Source: a bacterium
Lineage (GTDB): Bacteria > UBA10199 > 2-02-FULL-50-16 > JAJFLM01
Length of the DNA: 64,000 nt
Assembly (NCBI GenBank): GCA_965216315.1
Contig: CBDCFN010000016.1
Span: 736,001-800,000 of the forward strand
Direction of reading: 5' to 3'
Positions 48,280 to 58,280 of this stretch are shown here, piece by piece. Each line of letters starts with the position of its first letter. Within the stretch, counting starts at the first letter, position 1. Both the position numbers and the translations under genes were made by a program. Under the pieces are notes generated by a model. It saw only the letters and a list, made by a program, of their open reading frames with translations, did no database searches and had not been told where the DNA came from.

Positions 48280-48876
48280 ATGATCGTGGCAAATCAGGGT
48301 CTGATGACCGCATCGGCGTTGGCCAGTGCAGCACTTAGCCTCCCTTATATAAAGAATATTCGTTCGGGAACCACGCCTTATGTCGTGGGGGATGTCAGAC
48401 ATACGACGGCAGAGATCGTCTTTCAGGATGAAGGTGATGCTCGCCGCGCCTCGCGGCAGCTCATGATCGATGCGTTGGATCGCATTGCTGAAGGAGAAAC
48501 TGAAGGGGTCGAGGGTTGGAGCTTTACGCGTCACGATCATCGTCCCGTCCGGTTTATTCTGCCAAATGTCAGTGAGCCCCACTCAAACCACAATATTGTG
48601 ACCGAAGCGGTCATTGCACTCGAACGGATACGAGAAGGTATGACAGTCCAGGCCGAGTCGGAATTGCCTGACAAAATGGTGATTCGTGGACCCCAAGGGG
48701 CTGCAAAGAATTTCGTAAAGCCGCGTCACGAGTTGATCATCCAATGGTTTCGGACGCCTGACAGCCGCGAAGTCCGTGCGGATATCACGATTGCGTCGCC
48801 TCTGTCCGCGCCGGAAGAGACCAGCCCGTTTTTTACGCTCGAAAGCTTACTTGTCTATCTCTCAGCAGCAAGTTAG
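48280..48876 (+). CDS. Hypothetical protein
   Basis: 198 aa ORF, AGGAG RBS, uncharged N-terminus. Confidence 0.6.
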   Translation: MIVANQGLMTASALASAALSLPYIKNIRSGTTPYVVGDVRHTTAEIVFQDEGDARRASRQLMIDALDRIAEGETEGVEGWSFTRHDHRPVRFILPNVSEPHSNHNIVTEAVIALERIREGMTVQAESELPDKMVIRGPQGAAKNFVKPRHELIIQWFRTPDSREVRADITIASPLSAPEETSPFFTLESLLVYLSAAS

Positions 48877-48881
48877 ATGGA

Positions 48882-48934
48882 AATATGGAGACGAGGGGGA
48901 TCGAACCCCTGACCTCGTGAATGCCATTCACGCG
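48882..48934 (-). repeat. 53-bp duplicate of the tRNA-Ala 3' portion plus 4 flanking nt
   Basis: Identical to 49128-49180. Confidence 0.95.
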
Positions 48935-49010
48935 AGCATCAAAGGGGCTTGCGTCGCCCCCTCCAGAAGCAAAGCTCCTGGAGCCTCCCCCTCTCGCTCA
49001 CGTTGTTCGC
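48935..49010 (-). mobile_element. 76-bp structured mini-element, copy B
   Basis: Reverse complement aligns end to end with 16100-16176 and abuts the duplicated segment. Confidence 0.75.
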
Positions 49011-49131
49011 TAAAGAGCGCGTGATAATTTAAAAAAAAGTGATGAAACGATGGGGGGATGTAAGGGGGGAGAGAGTTTTTCTCACCCCCTTACTATAGCT
49101 AAACGGAAGCTGTGCTTTCGTTTAGCGAATA

Positions 49132-49204
49132 TGGAGACGAGGGGGATCGAACCCCTGACCTCGTGAATGCCATTCACGCGCTCTCCCAACTGAGCTACGT
49201 CCCC
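49132..49204 (-). tRNA. tRNA-Ala (GGC); CCA not encoded
   Basis: GGGGACGTAGCTCAGTTGGGAGAGCG...GGC anticodon...GGTTCGATCC; G3:U70 pair. Confidence 0.95.
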
Positions 49205-49280
49205 TCAATTTATCTAAGAATTACGGGCAAAATTGAATATTGTCAATATAAGGGGCAATTCTCTATGTTAGGTGGCAGTT

Positions 49281-50348
49281 ATGACGAAGCAAAACATCTA
49301 TGACCTGAGTATGCCAGCCCTTGAGGGATGGGTTCATGCACATGGGTTAAAACCCTATGCCGCGATTCAGTTGATTCAGTGGCTCTACCAAAAGCGCGTT
49401 CATGCTTTTGCCGAGATGACCAATCTTTCCAAGGACGCGCGTGAGCTACTCGAAAATTCATTCGAATTAAGAACAGCCGAGATTGTCGATCGTTCCGTGT
49501 CGACGGATAGCTCGGTTAAGTTTGTACTGCGTCTGCATGATGAAGCCTTGATTGAGAGTGTGCTGATGCCGCAGACCCAACGGATTACTCTCTGTGTTTC
49601 GAGCCAAGTCGGTTGTGCAATGGGCTGTCGTTTTTGCAAAACCGCTGAAATGAAGTTGGTGCGTAATCTCACGCAAGGGGAGATTATTGCCCAAGTCATG
49701 GTGGCCATTCGATTCTTGGAATCCGAGGATCCGGTGGCGGCCGCGTTGTTAGCGGAATCGACCTGCGACCATGTTTCGAATTTGGTTTTTATGGGGATGG
49801 GGGAGCCTCTCCATAATTTGAGGCCGGTAGTTGATAGTATCCATCTGTTGTTGGAGGATCGCGCGTTTAATTTCTCGAGGAGAAAAATTACGGTTTCAAC
49901 TTCCGGTTTAGCGCCGGAAATACGCGAATTCGCCGAGGCCGTGCCGGTTAAGTTGGCCGTGTCATTGAATGCGACGAATGATGCCTTGCGTACGGAAATT
50001 ATGCCGATCAATAAACGGTATGATTTGGCCGAGTTGATGGCGGCCTGTCGTGACTATGCAAAGATACGTGATGGGGTGGTCACCTTTGAGTATGTCATGC
50101 TTAAGGATGTCAATGATACGCCTGAGCATGCCGCCGAGCTCGTGAGATTGATTGCGCACACGCCCTGTAAGATCAATTTGATCCCGTTTAATGACTATCC
50201 CGAGTCTCCTTATCAGCGACCGAGTGAAGCGAGTCTGATTGCCTTTCATCACTATCTCGCGGATCGCGATTTTCAGGTGAATATCCGGTATAGCAAGGGA
50301 TTAGATGTCTTGGCTGCCTGTGGGCAGCTTGCGGTCAAGGCCAGTTAG
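49281..50348 (+). CDS. rlmN: 23S rRNA/tRNA m2A methyltransferase RlmN
   Basis: CVSSQVGCAMGCRFC, MGMGEP, AACGQL; start 49272 or 49281. Confidence 0.95.
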   Translation: MTKQNIYDLSMPALEGWVHAHGLKPYAAIQLIQWLYQKRVHAFAEMTNLSKDARELLENSFELRTAEIVDRSVSTDSSVKFVLRLHDEALIESVLMPQTQRITLCVSSQVGCAMGCRFCKTAEMKLVRNLTQGEIIAQVMVAIRFLESEDPVAAALLAESTCDHVSNLVFMGMGEPLHNLRPVVDSIHLLLEDRAFNFSRRKITVSTSGLAPEIREFAEAVPVKLAVSLNATNDALRTEIMPINKRYDLAELMAACRDYAKIRDGVVTFEYVMLKDVNDTPEHAAELVRLIAHTPCKINLIPFNDYPESPYQRPSEASLIAFHHYLADRDFQVNIRYSKGLDVLAACGQLAVKAS

Positions 50349-50412
50349 CATTCGAGATCTCCTGGCCATTCCCCGAGAAAAGTTATATAAATGACTTCCA
50401 CAGGGGGAGGCC

Positions 50413-50778
50413 ATGAAGATAACAACCACCTTGGGCATATGCCTGTTTGTCATACTCTTTGGAATCTCGTTTCATGTGGAGGCTCAGCCTTTTCAGCCAA
50501 GTCCGGTTGACTGTAGTGCGGCGGAACTCAAGCGAGCCGAGATCAAATATCAGCAAACAATTAAGCCCCTACTGGCAACCTATGCCGATCAATATAGCGG
50601 TAAGGTTGAAGAGCTGCGTCGCAAAGAAAAACAACGGTCTGTTATGTTTCGTGAATGGTTACGTATGCGGTGTACCTGTAAACCTAAAAGTCTGACGCGC
50701 TTCGAAAAGACGCTCTGCAGTGCCGTCAGTGAGAACACTCCCATAAGCGCAACTGGTGCCTGTTTAGTCCAGAATTAA
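50413..50778 (+). CDS. Small secreted hypothetical protein
   Basis: GGAGG RBS, signal peptide ending VEA, several Cys. Confidence 0.6.
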   Translation: MKITTTLGICLFVILFGISFHVEAQPFQPSPVDCSAAELKRAEIKYQQTIKPLLATYADQYSGKVEELRRKEKQRSVMFREWLRMRCTCKPKSLTRFEKTLCSAVSENTPISATGACLVQN

Positions 50779-50829
50779 GGCTCCCACAACCATTGACTTT
50801 TACGCCTTTCGATGCCAGAAGCTACGGCC

Positions 50830-51693
50830 ATGTCGGAAGCACCTATCGGTATCATCGGAGGTAGCGGTCTCTATCAAATAGATGCCGTAAAAATTGAAGA
50901 AGAGATCACCGTTGATACGCCTTTTGGGGCACCATCCGATCAGCTTATGCGCGGGACTCTGTCAGGACGCCAAGTCATTTTTCTTGCCCGTCATGGACGT
51001 GGACATCGCATCGCGCCGTCGCAGCTGAATTACCGTGCGAATATCTATGCCCTCAAGCAGCTGGGGGTGGATTATATTATTTCCGTCGGAGCGGTTGGAA
51101 GTATGCGCGAAGAGATTGTGCCCGGACATGTCGTGGTGATCGATCAATTTTTCGATCGAACCCGTGAGCGACCCTCAACTTTTTTTGATGAGGATGTGGT
51201 CGTGCATGTGACTTTTGCCCATCCTGTTTCCGAAAGTCTGCGTCGCATTCTTATTGAGGCTGCAGAGGCGGCGGGGGCGACAGTTCATAAATCGGGGACT
51301 TATCTCTGTATGGAAGGCCCACAGTTCTCGACTCAGGCGGAATCTCACATTTATCGGCAGTGGGGAGTCGATGTGATTGGGATGACCAATTTGCAAGAAG
51401 CCAAGCTCGCACGCGAGGCAGAGATTGCCTATGCGACGCTTGCCATGTCGACGGATTATGACTGCTGGCATGAGGATCACGATGCCGTGACGGTTGATCA
51501 AGTGATTGCTGTCTTGGAACAAAATGCGCATCTTGCGGCAGAGATTATTAAATTGGCTGTACCGAAGGTGCCATCTGAGCCCGACCCTGTTGCGAGCAAT
51601 GCATTGAAAAATGCAATTATTGGAGATAAGGCACTGGTCTCAAAGGAGACAGTTCAAAAATTAAAGCCTATTCTGGGCAAATATTTTTTATAG
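50830..51693 (+). CDS. mtnP: S-methyl-5'-thioadenosine phosphorylase
   Basis: IGIIGGSGLY, RHG.GH, NYRANI, EGPQFST.AES, TDYDCW. Confidence 0.93.
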   Translation: MSEAPIGIIGGSGLYQIDAVKIEEEITVDTPFGAPSDQLMRGTLSGRQVIFLARHGRGHRIAPSQLNYRANIYALKQLGVDYIISVGAVGSMREEIVPGHVVVIDQFFDRTRERPSTFFDEDVVVHVTFAHPVSESLRRILIEAAEAAGATVHKSGTYLCMEGPQFSTQAESHIYRQWGVDVIGMTNLQEAKLAREAEIAYATLAMSTDYDCWHEDHDAVTVDQVIAVLEQNAHLAAEIIKLAVPKVPSEPDPVASNALKNAIIGDKALVSKETVQKLKPILGKYFL

Positions 51694-51702
51694 GAGACTT
51701 TT

Positions 51703-52623
51703 ATGTCGTTACTTTGTGTTGGGTCGGTGGCACTTGACTCTGTGGAGACGCCTTTTGGCAAACGTGACAATATTCTTGGAGGGTCGGCGACGCATTTTTC
51801 GGTAGCGGCATCTTTTTTTACCGAGGTTAATCTTGTTGCTGTCGTGGGGAGTGATTTCCCTGAAGAGCACTTAGAGTTTTTACGTTCTCGCAATATTGAT
51901 TTGACCGGATTAGAAGTGGCAGACGGGGAAACATTTCGTTGGTCAGGGCGTTATGGCTTCGACCTCAATAATGCGGAAACCCTGGAGACTCAGCTAAATG
52001 TGTTTGCCGAATTTGCTCCGAAAGTGCCTGCTGCGTGGCAACGGCCACAAACGCTTTTTCTGGCGAATATCCATCCAAGCCTGCAAAGTCAGGTGCTGGA
52101 GAGCGTTCAAAGGCCGTCCTTGGTTGCTTTGGATACTATGAACTTTTGGATCGAAGGGGAACTAGAGGCTCTTAAGCAGACAATTAGTATGGTTGATTTG
52201 GTCATTATTAATGAAGCGGAGTGTCGGCAGTTGGCGAAAGAATCAAGTTTATTGAAGGCGACGCGTAAGATTCTTTCCTGGGGACCCAAAACGGTTGTTG
52301 CGAAGCAGGGTGAATATGGGGCCTTGCTCTTTCATGGAGACGGTATCTTTTCAGCTCCCGGATTCCCTCTGGAGCAAGTATTGGACCCCACCGGGGCCGG
52401 CGATAGTTTTGCCGGTGGCATGATTGGCTATCTCTCGCGAAGGGATAATCCGACATTTGAGGACTACAAACAGGCGGTTATATGTGGCAGTGTCATGGCT
52501 TCTTTTAATGTTGAGGATTTCAGTTGTGATCGTTTAAGGCAACTCGATATAAAGGAGATCGGACGGCGCTATGACTCATTTAGAAAACTTGTCAACTTTG
52601 AGTCAACGTCGATGAATTTATAA
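51703..52623 (+). CDS. PfkB family carbohydrate/nucleoside kinase
   Basis: VGSVA.D, LGGSA, DPTGAGDSFAGG. Confidence 0.92.
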   Translation: MSLLCVGSVALDSVETPFGKRDNILGGSATHFSVAASFFTEVNLVAVVGSDFPEEHLEFLRSRNIDLTGLEVADGETFRWSGRYGFDLNNAETLETQLNVFAEFAPKVPAAWQRPQTLFLANIHPSLQSQVLESVQRPSLVALDTMNFWIEGELEALKQTISMVDLVIINEAECRQLAKESSLLKATRKILSWGPKTVVAKQGEYGALLFHGDGIFSAPGFPLEQVLDPTGAGDSFAGGMIGYLSRRDNPTFEDYKQAVICGSVMASFNVEDFSCDRLRQLDIKEIGRRYDSFRKLVNFESTSMNL

Positions 52624-52626
52624 ATC

Positions 52627-52998
52627 ATGACGATGGAAACTTTGGGTGCTTATCTAAGAAGGGAGCGCGAGTTCCGGAAGATATCGATTGAAGATATCGC
52701 GTTAGATACACGCATAAGTATTGCTTGTATCAAGGCACTCGAAAGAGATGCTTTGGATGAATTGCCGGCAGTCGCCTTCGTTCGAGGGTATCTTAAAGCT
52801 TACGCTGAGCATGTGGGCCTTGATGTTGCAGACGTATTGCTTCGCTACGAACAGTGTCTCACCGACAAACGGGAGTCCGCGGCAGCGGACGAAAAAAATA
52901 ATAAGCCGCCATGGCGTTGGAAATGGAAATATTTGTGGATTGCAATGATAATCGGGGCTATCGTTGCCTTGGCGGCCTACCTTAGCCAACTACAATGA
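52627..52998 (+). CDS. RodZ-like HTH membrane protein (short)
   Basis: LG..LRRERE, LP..FVRGYLKAYA, C-terminal TM. Confidence 0.8.
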   Translation: MTMETLGAYLRREREFRKISIEDIALDTRISIACIKALERDALDELPAVAFVRGYLKAYAEHVGLDVADVLLRYEQCLTDKRESAAADEKNNKPPWRWKWKYLWIAMIIGAIVALAAYLSQLQ

Positions 52999-53744
52999 CC
53001 AAGCATACAACCGATGGTATTGTCCTGCGGGTAACTGAATTTAGAGAATCCGATCGGATAGTTCTTTTTTATACACGCGACTTCGGTAAAGTGAGCGCGC
53101 TTGCGAAACATGCGACCAAGAGTCGGAAGCGTTTTGGAACCCAGCTTAATGTTTTTCAGCTGTTACGTCTGCATCTCAAACAAAAGCCAAATCGATCATT
53201 GGCTTTGCTTGAACAGGTGAAACCGGTGACGACCCTTAGCGGCATCTATAAAGATTGGCGGCGTATTGCTGCTGCCTGTGTTGTGGCGGATATGGCGAAT
53301 GAAATGACTCGAGAGGGAAGTGCCAACCCCAAAGTATTTGATGCCTGCCAAGAGGCATTGATCCGTCTCCATGAGGGGCGTGACTGGCAAGCTGCCCTGG
53401 GTTTTTTTGAATACGATCTTTTGAATGCCTCCGGCTATCGTCCGGCTGTGCGCGCTTGCGTTTCATGTCGTCGTGCTTGGGGTGAAGACGAGAGTGCCTA
53501 CTGGGTGCATAGCGCAGGGGGATCGCACTGCCGCGAATGTCTGCCGCATGGGTCAAGCTTTGAGATTCTTCGTCCGGAAGTGCTCAGGCGCCTGACTCAA
53601 ATCGCTTCGGGTGCCGCCGAGGACCAAGCGATGGCTCAATGTGCGACCTTACTCTATGATTTTATTCGCTATCATCTCGGCCGTCCCGTCCGCAGCTGGC
53701 AGTTTTTGCAGGAGATGGGCTTGCTGGATTCCGCCTTGCACTGA
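52995..53744 (+). CDS. recO: DNA repair protein RecO
   Basis: GIVLR...F.ESDRIV..YT...GK; Zn-finger CxxC...CxxC. Confidence 0.92.
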   Translation: MTKHTTDGIVLRVTEFRESDRIVLFYTRDFGKVSALAKHATKSRKRFGTQLNVFQLLRLHLKQKPNRSLALLEQVKPVTTLSGIYKDWRRIAAACVVADMANEMTREGSANPKVFDACQEALIRLHEGRDWQAALGFFEYDLLNASGYRPAVRACVSCRRAWGEDESAYWVHSAGGSHCRECLPHGSSFEILRPEVLRRLTQIASGAAEDQAMAQCATLLYDFIRYHLGRPVRSWQFLQEMGLLDSALH

Positions 53745-53776
53745 TGGCGGGAATACGCTAGTATTTTCGCTTACTT

Positions 53777-55426
53777 ATGCGCCAAATCCCTCGTTTCTTA
53801 AAAGCCTACCGGATGACCTTCAAGGTTTTGGCTTCCTATCTCTGGCTCCTGCTCCTCATTAAATTTTTTGGCAGCGAGCGGACGCGTGAACGCCAGGAGG
53901 CGTGTCATCGTCGGAATGCACAACGGATTGAAAAGACGATTTCAGAATTGAAGGGCCTATTTATCAAGGTGGGGCAGACCCTTTCGATCATGACTAATTT
54001 TTTGCCGGATCCTTTGACGCAAGGGTTGGAAGGGCTTCAGGATAAAGTTCCGCCGCACGCTTATGACGAGATCCAGGCTCGATTTGTTCAAGAGTTTGGC
54101 AAGTTACCCGAAGATATTTTTAAAGATTTTGAGTCGGAGCCGATTGCCTCCGCTTCACTTGGTCAAGTTCATCGAGCGCGTCTTCAAGATGGGACAGTGG
54201 CAGCCGTTAAAGTGCAGTACCCGGAAGTTGATAAGATCGTTGCGATTGACCTAAAAGTGTTGAAGCGCATCTTTTGGCTGCTCCATTTATTTTTTTCCGG
54301 CTATGGCATGAAAGAGGTTTATCTTGAGATAGCCGATATGGTGCAGAAAGAATTGGATTATCAATATGAGGGGAAGAATTTAGAGACACTTAAAGAAAAT
54401 TTTAAAGATGAAAAAGACTTTTTGTTTCCGGATGTTTTTTGGGATTACTCTACGAGTAAAGTGCTGACCCTTCGGTTTATGGAAGGTATCAAGATTACCG
54501 AAGTCAAGACTTTGCAGCAGAAGAATGTTGATTTGCGGGATTTAGCTGAAGTTTTGATTCGCGGGTACTGCAAACAGATCTTTGTGGATGGCGTCTATCA
54601 CGCTGATCCACACCCCGGTAATTTGTTGGTGAGCGTCCAGGCCGATGGCCGGTATCAGATTATACTGGTCGATTTTGGCGCAACAGCGCGCATTAGTGAG
54701 CAGATGCGCGAGGGGATTAGCCTTTTTGCTGAAGGACTGATTAAAAAAGATACGCGCATGATTGCGAATTCGCTGCGCCGGATGGGTTTCGTGGCGCGGG
54801 AAGGCGAAGAAGAAGCCTTCGATATGCTCGTCGAATATTTTTATTCAAAGTTGTCAGGGCTGAAATTAGAAAATTTCAAGAATCTGGATATAAGTCAATT
54901 TCACAATATTGAAGATTTGATCGAGCTCAAGAAGCTCAATATCAGTTTTCGGGATCTAATGAATTCATTTCATGTTCCCCGCGATTGGGTCCTGTTGGAA
55001 AGAACCCTTTTATTGGCCCTGGGTATAACCAGTCACTTAGACCCTAAATTAAATCCGATTGAGATTATTCTGCCGTACGCTGAAAAATTCGTACTTAAAG
55101 ATAAGTCGTTGGCAGATGTTGTCGTCAACATTTCTAAGGAAGTCATACTTTCTTACGTCATGTTGCCCAATGAAATTCAAAAAACTCTTAAGGCCCTTAA
55201 TAAGGGAGAGTTGGAGATTAGAAACCGTGATACGCGGATGCAAACAGAGCGGCTTGCGGCCTTGGGTCGCCAGGGTATTTTTGCCTTTTTAGGTGTGAGT
55301 GCGTTGGCTTTGGGGCATTGGTTGTCCCGAGAAGGGCAGGGTGCTATGAGCACATACCATTATTATGGCGCTGCGGTCTTTGGTGTGGCATTCTTAGTAA
55401 GTTTTCTAAGGAAAAGGAAAAGATAA
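53777..55426 (+). CDS. ABC1/UbiB family kinase
   Basis: FIKVGQ, PIASASLGQVHRA, AVKVQYP, HADPHPGN, DFG. Confidence 0.93.
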   Translation: MRQIPRFLKAYRMTFKVLASYLWLLLLIKFFGSERTRERQEACHRRNAQRIEKTISELKGLFIKVGQTLSIMTNFLPDPLTQGLEGLQDKVPPHAYDEIQARFVQEFGKLPEDIFKDFESEPIASASLGQVHRARLQDGTVAAVKVQYPEVDKIVAIDLKVLKRIFWLLHLFFSGYGMKEVYLEIADMVQKELDYQYEGKNLETLKENFKDEKDFLFPDVFWDYSTSKVLTLRFMEGIKITEVKTLQQKNVDLRDLAEVLIRGYCKQIFVDGVYHADPHPGNLLVSVQADGRYQIILVDFGATARISEQMREGISLFAEGLIKKDTRMIANSLRRMGFVAREGEEEAFDMLVEYFYSKLSGLKLENFKNLDISQFHNIEDLIELKKLNISFRDLMNSFHVPRDWVLLERTLLLALGITSHLDPKLNPIEIILPYAEKFVLKDKSLADVVVNISKEVILSYVMLPNEIQKTLKALNKGELEIRNRDTRMQTERLAALGRQGIFAFLGVSALALGHWLSREGQGAMSTYHYYGAAVFGVAFLVSFLRKRKR

Positions 55427-55920
55427 TGGTTGCTGAAAATGATACAACATCGCGAAATGTAAGTGATTCGTCCGTGGAGGCGACACATCTTGTCTTGCCG
55501 TCGGATGCAAATGCGTTGGGCACGATCTTCGGGGGGAAGTTGATGAGTTGGATTGACCTCGCTGCAGCGATTGCAGCGAGTCGTCATAGCCATAATGTTT
55601 GCGTGACGGCGTCGATGGATCGACTTGATTTCCATCATCCCATTCGGATCGGTGATATTGTTAATTTGAAGGCGAGTGTTAATTTTACCGGCAGGACGTC
55701 GATGGAAGTAGGGGTCCGTGTCGAAGCAGAAGACCCGCATACAGGAAAACGGATAAGGGCAGCGACTTCTTATTTGACCTTTGTTTCTTTGGATGAGGCT
55801 GGGCGACCCGTGCCAGTGCCCAAGGTTATTCCAGATACTCCGGATGAGCAGCGGCGCTATGAAGCGGCCCAAGTGAGACGCGCTCAGCGCTTGGCGGAAG
55901 CGAAAAAGAAAAAGTCATGA
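55426..55920 (+). CDS. Acyl-CoA thioesterase (hotdog fold)
   Basis: DANALGTIFGG.LM.WID, GRTSMEVGV; start reassigned to ATG 55426. Confidence 0.92.
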   Translation: MVAENDTTSRNVSDSSVEATHLVLPSDANALGTIFGGKLMSWIDLAAAIAASRHSHNVCVTASMDRLDFHHPIRIGDIVNLKASVNFTGRTSMEVGVRVEAEDPHTGKRIRAATSYLTFVSLDEAGRPVPVPKVIPDTPDEQRRYEAAQVRRAQRLAEAKKKKS

Positions 55921-58280
55921 GTGATGATCAATCGTTGATTCTGGTTGAGGGGAAGCAACCCCCTAATCTTTTTATTTTACCGCTCCTTAATGTCGTGCCG
56001 CTTCCGGGGATGGTTTTTCCAATTGGTATTCGGACGGAGCGACCCAAGGAGACCATCGAGCGCTCTCTGGGTCAGGACGAACTTCTGGGCCTGTTTTATT
56101 CGGAACAGCGAGATCAAGGCAAAGGCTCAATAGACGTTGCGAAAGTCGATGACTTACATTCTATTGGTGTCAGTGCCCGTATTCTGAGACGAGTGAAATT
56201 GCCGGATGGTAATTGGACCATTTTTGTTCAGTGTTTTCAACGAATTCAACTTGAACGGGTTGTTCGAGAGCAACCGTTTATTCTGGGTCGCGTCGAGTAT
56301 CTTCGCGATGAAGTAAAAGACTCAAAGAAATTGCAGGCGCTCATGCGGAATGTGGGCCAATTGATCGCGCAATACATTAAATTTTCTCCCAATCTCACAG
56401 ATGAAATCAGCATGTCATTGATGAACATACAAGAACCGGGGGCGCTCAGCGATTTTATCGTGGGTCATTTGCCCGTCGGAATAGAAGAACGATTAAAATT
56501 ATTAGATACATTGAATGTGACGAAACGATTGGAGCGGGTTTCGTCGATTCTGCTGAAGGAGATTGAGCTCGCAAAGTTGGGCACTAAAATGAATGAGGAT
56601 CTCTCCGAGAAAATAGAGGAGAGGCAAAAAGAATTTATGCTTCGTGAGCAGATCAAGTTGATCCGTAAAGAACTCGGTGAAGAAAAGGACGAAAGAGAGG
56701 AGCTCCGTGAAAAATATGAAGCGAAGATCAAGGAATTGGAGATACCGGAAAAGGTCGTGGAGAAAATACACTATGAGATGAAACGCATCTCAACGATGAT
56801 TCCGGAGGCGGCCGAATATCATGTGATACGCTCGTATCTGGATTGGCTGACGAGCTTGCCCTGGAATGTCATGACGGAAGATCAACTCGATTTGAAGCGG
56901 GCACAGCAAGTGTTGGACGAAGATCATTACGGCTTGGAGGATGTTAAAGAGCGTATTCTGGAATTTCTCGCCGTTCGCAAGATTAAGCCGGACCGAAAAG
57001 GATCCATTCTGTGTTTTCTCGGACCTCCCGGAGTCGGTAAGACGTCGCTGGGGCGATCCATTGCGCGTGCCCTTGGTCGTAAGTTCTATCGATTTTCGCT
57101 GGGGGGGATGCGCGACGAGGCGGAAATTAAAGGGCATCGTCGGACCTATATTGGCGCCATGCCCGGTAAAATTATCCAAGCCATTAAGTCAGCCGATACA
57201 CGAAATCCCGTCCTCATGCTGGATGAGATTGATAAGGCGGGGTCCGATTGGAGAGGCGATCCTTCTTCGGCACTTCTCGAGGTCTTAGATCATGAACAGA
57301 ATAATGCCTTTGTCGACCACTATCTTGACGTCCCGTTTGATCTTTCCGATGCCTTTTTTATAGCGACGGCTAACGTAGCCGATACGATTCCCCAGCCCTT
57401 GCTTGATCGGATGGAGGTCATCGAAATTCCCAGTTATCTTCCCGAAGAGAAGATTGAGATTGCGAGACGCTATCTGTTGCCGCGCCAATTGGAAAAACAT
57501 GGCCTGAATAAAAAACATCTAGGTATTTTGCGAGCTGCGATGAAGTGCATCGTGACGCAATACACTCGTGAAGCGGGTGTGCGCGGTTTGGATCGAGAAA
57601 TAGCGCGTGTCTGCAGGAAGGTTGCGATGAAAGTCGCCGGCGGGCGCAAAAATACGGTTGTTACGTTGCGCAACGAGAAAGATGTCCAAAAATATTTAGG
57701 TCCGCCGAAGGCAGGCGAAGATTTTGATAACCGCGTGAAACGCCCAGGAGTTGTCCTCGGACTGGCCTACACATCAGTAGGCGGGCAAGTTCTTTGCATT
57801 GAGGTCTCACGTATGAAGGGCAAGGGTCGTCTCCAGTTAACGGGCCAGCTGGGCGATGTGATGAGTGAGTCCGCTCAGCTCGCCGTCTCCTTTATAAGGG
57901 CACACGGTAGGGCTTTTGGGTTGGCTCCTGATGTGCTTGAAGGTTGGGATGTGCATATTCATTTCCCCGCCGGGGCGGTAAAGAAAGATGGCCCGTCAGC
58001 CGGTATCACGATCGTGACAGGACTTATTTCGATGCTGAAGGGGAAACCGGTCAAGGCAAGACTTGCGATGACGGGGGAGGTAACCTTAACGGGTAATGTC
58101 CTGCCGGTCGGAGGCTTGCGCGAAAAGGTCGTTGCGGCACGCCGTTATGGCATGAAAACGGTGATAGCGCCTGCCGCGAATAAAAAGGATATCGCTGAGT
58201 TAAAACCGGACCTTACCAAAGGGCTTAAATTCGTTTATGCTAAGACCTATAAAGATGTCTACAAAGAGGCCTTTCGATGA
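55917..58280 (+). CDS. lon: ATP-dependent Lon protease
   Basis: GPPGVGKTS, GHRRTYIGAMPG, KDGPSAG, GGLREK. Confidence 0.96.
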   Translation: MSDDQSLILVEGKQPPNLFILPLLNVVPLPGMVFPIGIRTERPKETIERSLGQDELLGLFYSEQRDQGKGSIDVAKVDDLHSIGVSARILRRVKLPDGNWTIFVQCFQRIQLERVVREQPFILGRVEYLRDEVKDSKKLQALMRNVGQLIAQYIKFSPNLTDEISMSLMNIQEPGALSDFIVGHLPVGIEERLKLLDTLNVTKRLERVSSILLKEIELAKLGTKMNEDLSEKIEERQKEFMLREQIKLIRKELGEEKDEREELREKYEAKIKELEIPEKVVEKIHYEMKRISTMIPEAAEYHVIRSYLDWLTSLPWNVMTEDQLDLKRAQQVLDEDHYGLEDVKERILEFLAVRKIKPDRKGSILCFLGPPGVGKTSLGRSIARALGRKFYRFSLGGMRDEAEIKGHRRTYIGAMPGKIIQAIKSADTRNPVLMLDEIDKAGSDWRGDPSSALLEVLDHEQNNAFVDHYLDVPFDLSDAFFIATANVADTIPQPLLDRMEVIEIPSYLPEEKIEIARRYLLPRQLEKHGLNKKHLGILRAAMKCIVTQYTREAGVRGLDREIARVCRKVAMKVAGGRKNTVVTLRNEKDVQKYLGPPKAGEDFDNRVKRPGVVLGLAYTSVGGQVLCIEVSRMKGKGRLQLTGQLGDVMSESAQLAVSFIRAHGRAFGLAPDVLEGWDVHIHFPAGAVKKDGPSAGITIVTGLISMLKGKPVKARLAMTGEVTLTGNVLPVGGLREKVVAARRYGMKTVIAPAANKKDIAELKPDLTKGLKFVYAKTYKDVYKEAFR

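Noticed and set aside
48882..49180. Prophage or genomic island integrated at tRNA-Ala
   Set aside because: Only 193 bp between repeats, no integrase; better explained by the mini-element also seen in the suf operon
48776..49303. Two short ORFs sharing YGDEGDRTPDLVNAIHA
   Set aside because: Antisense translation of tRNA-Ala and its duplicated fragment
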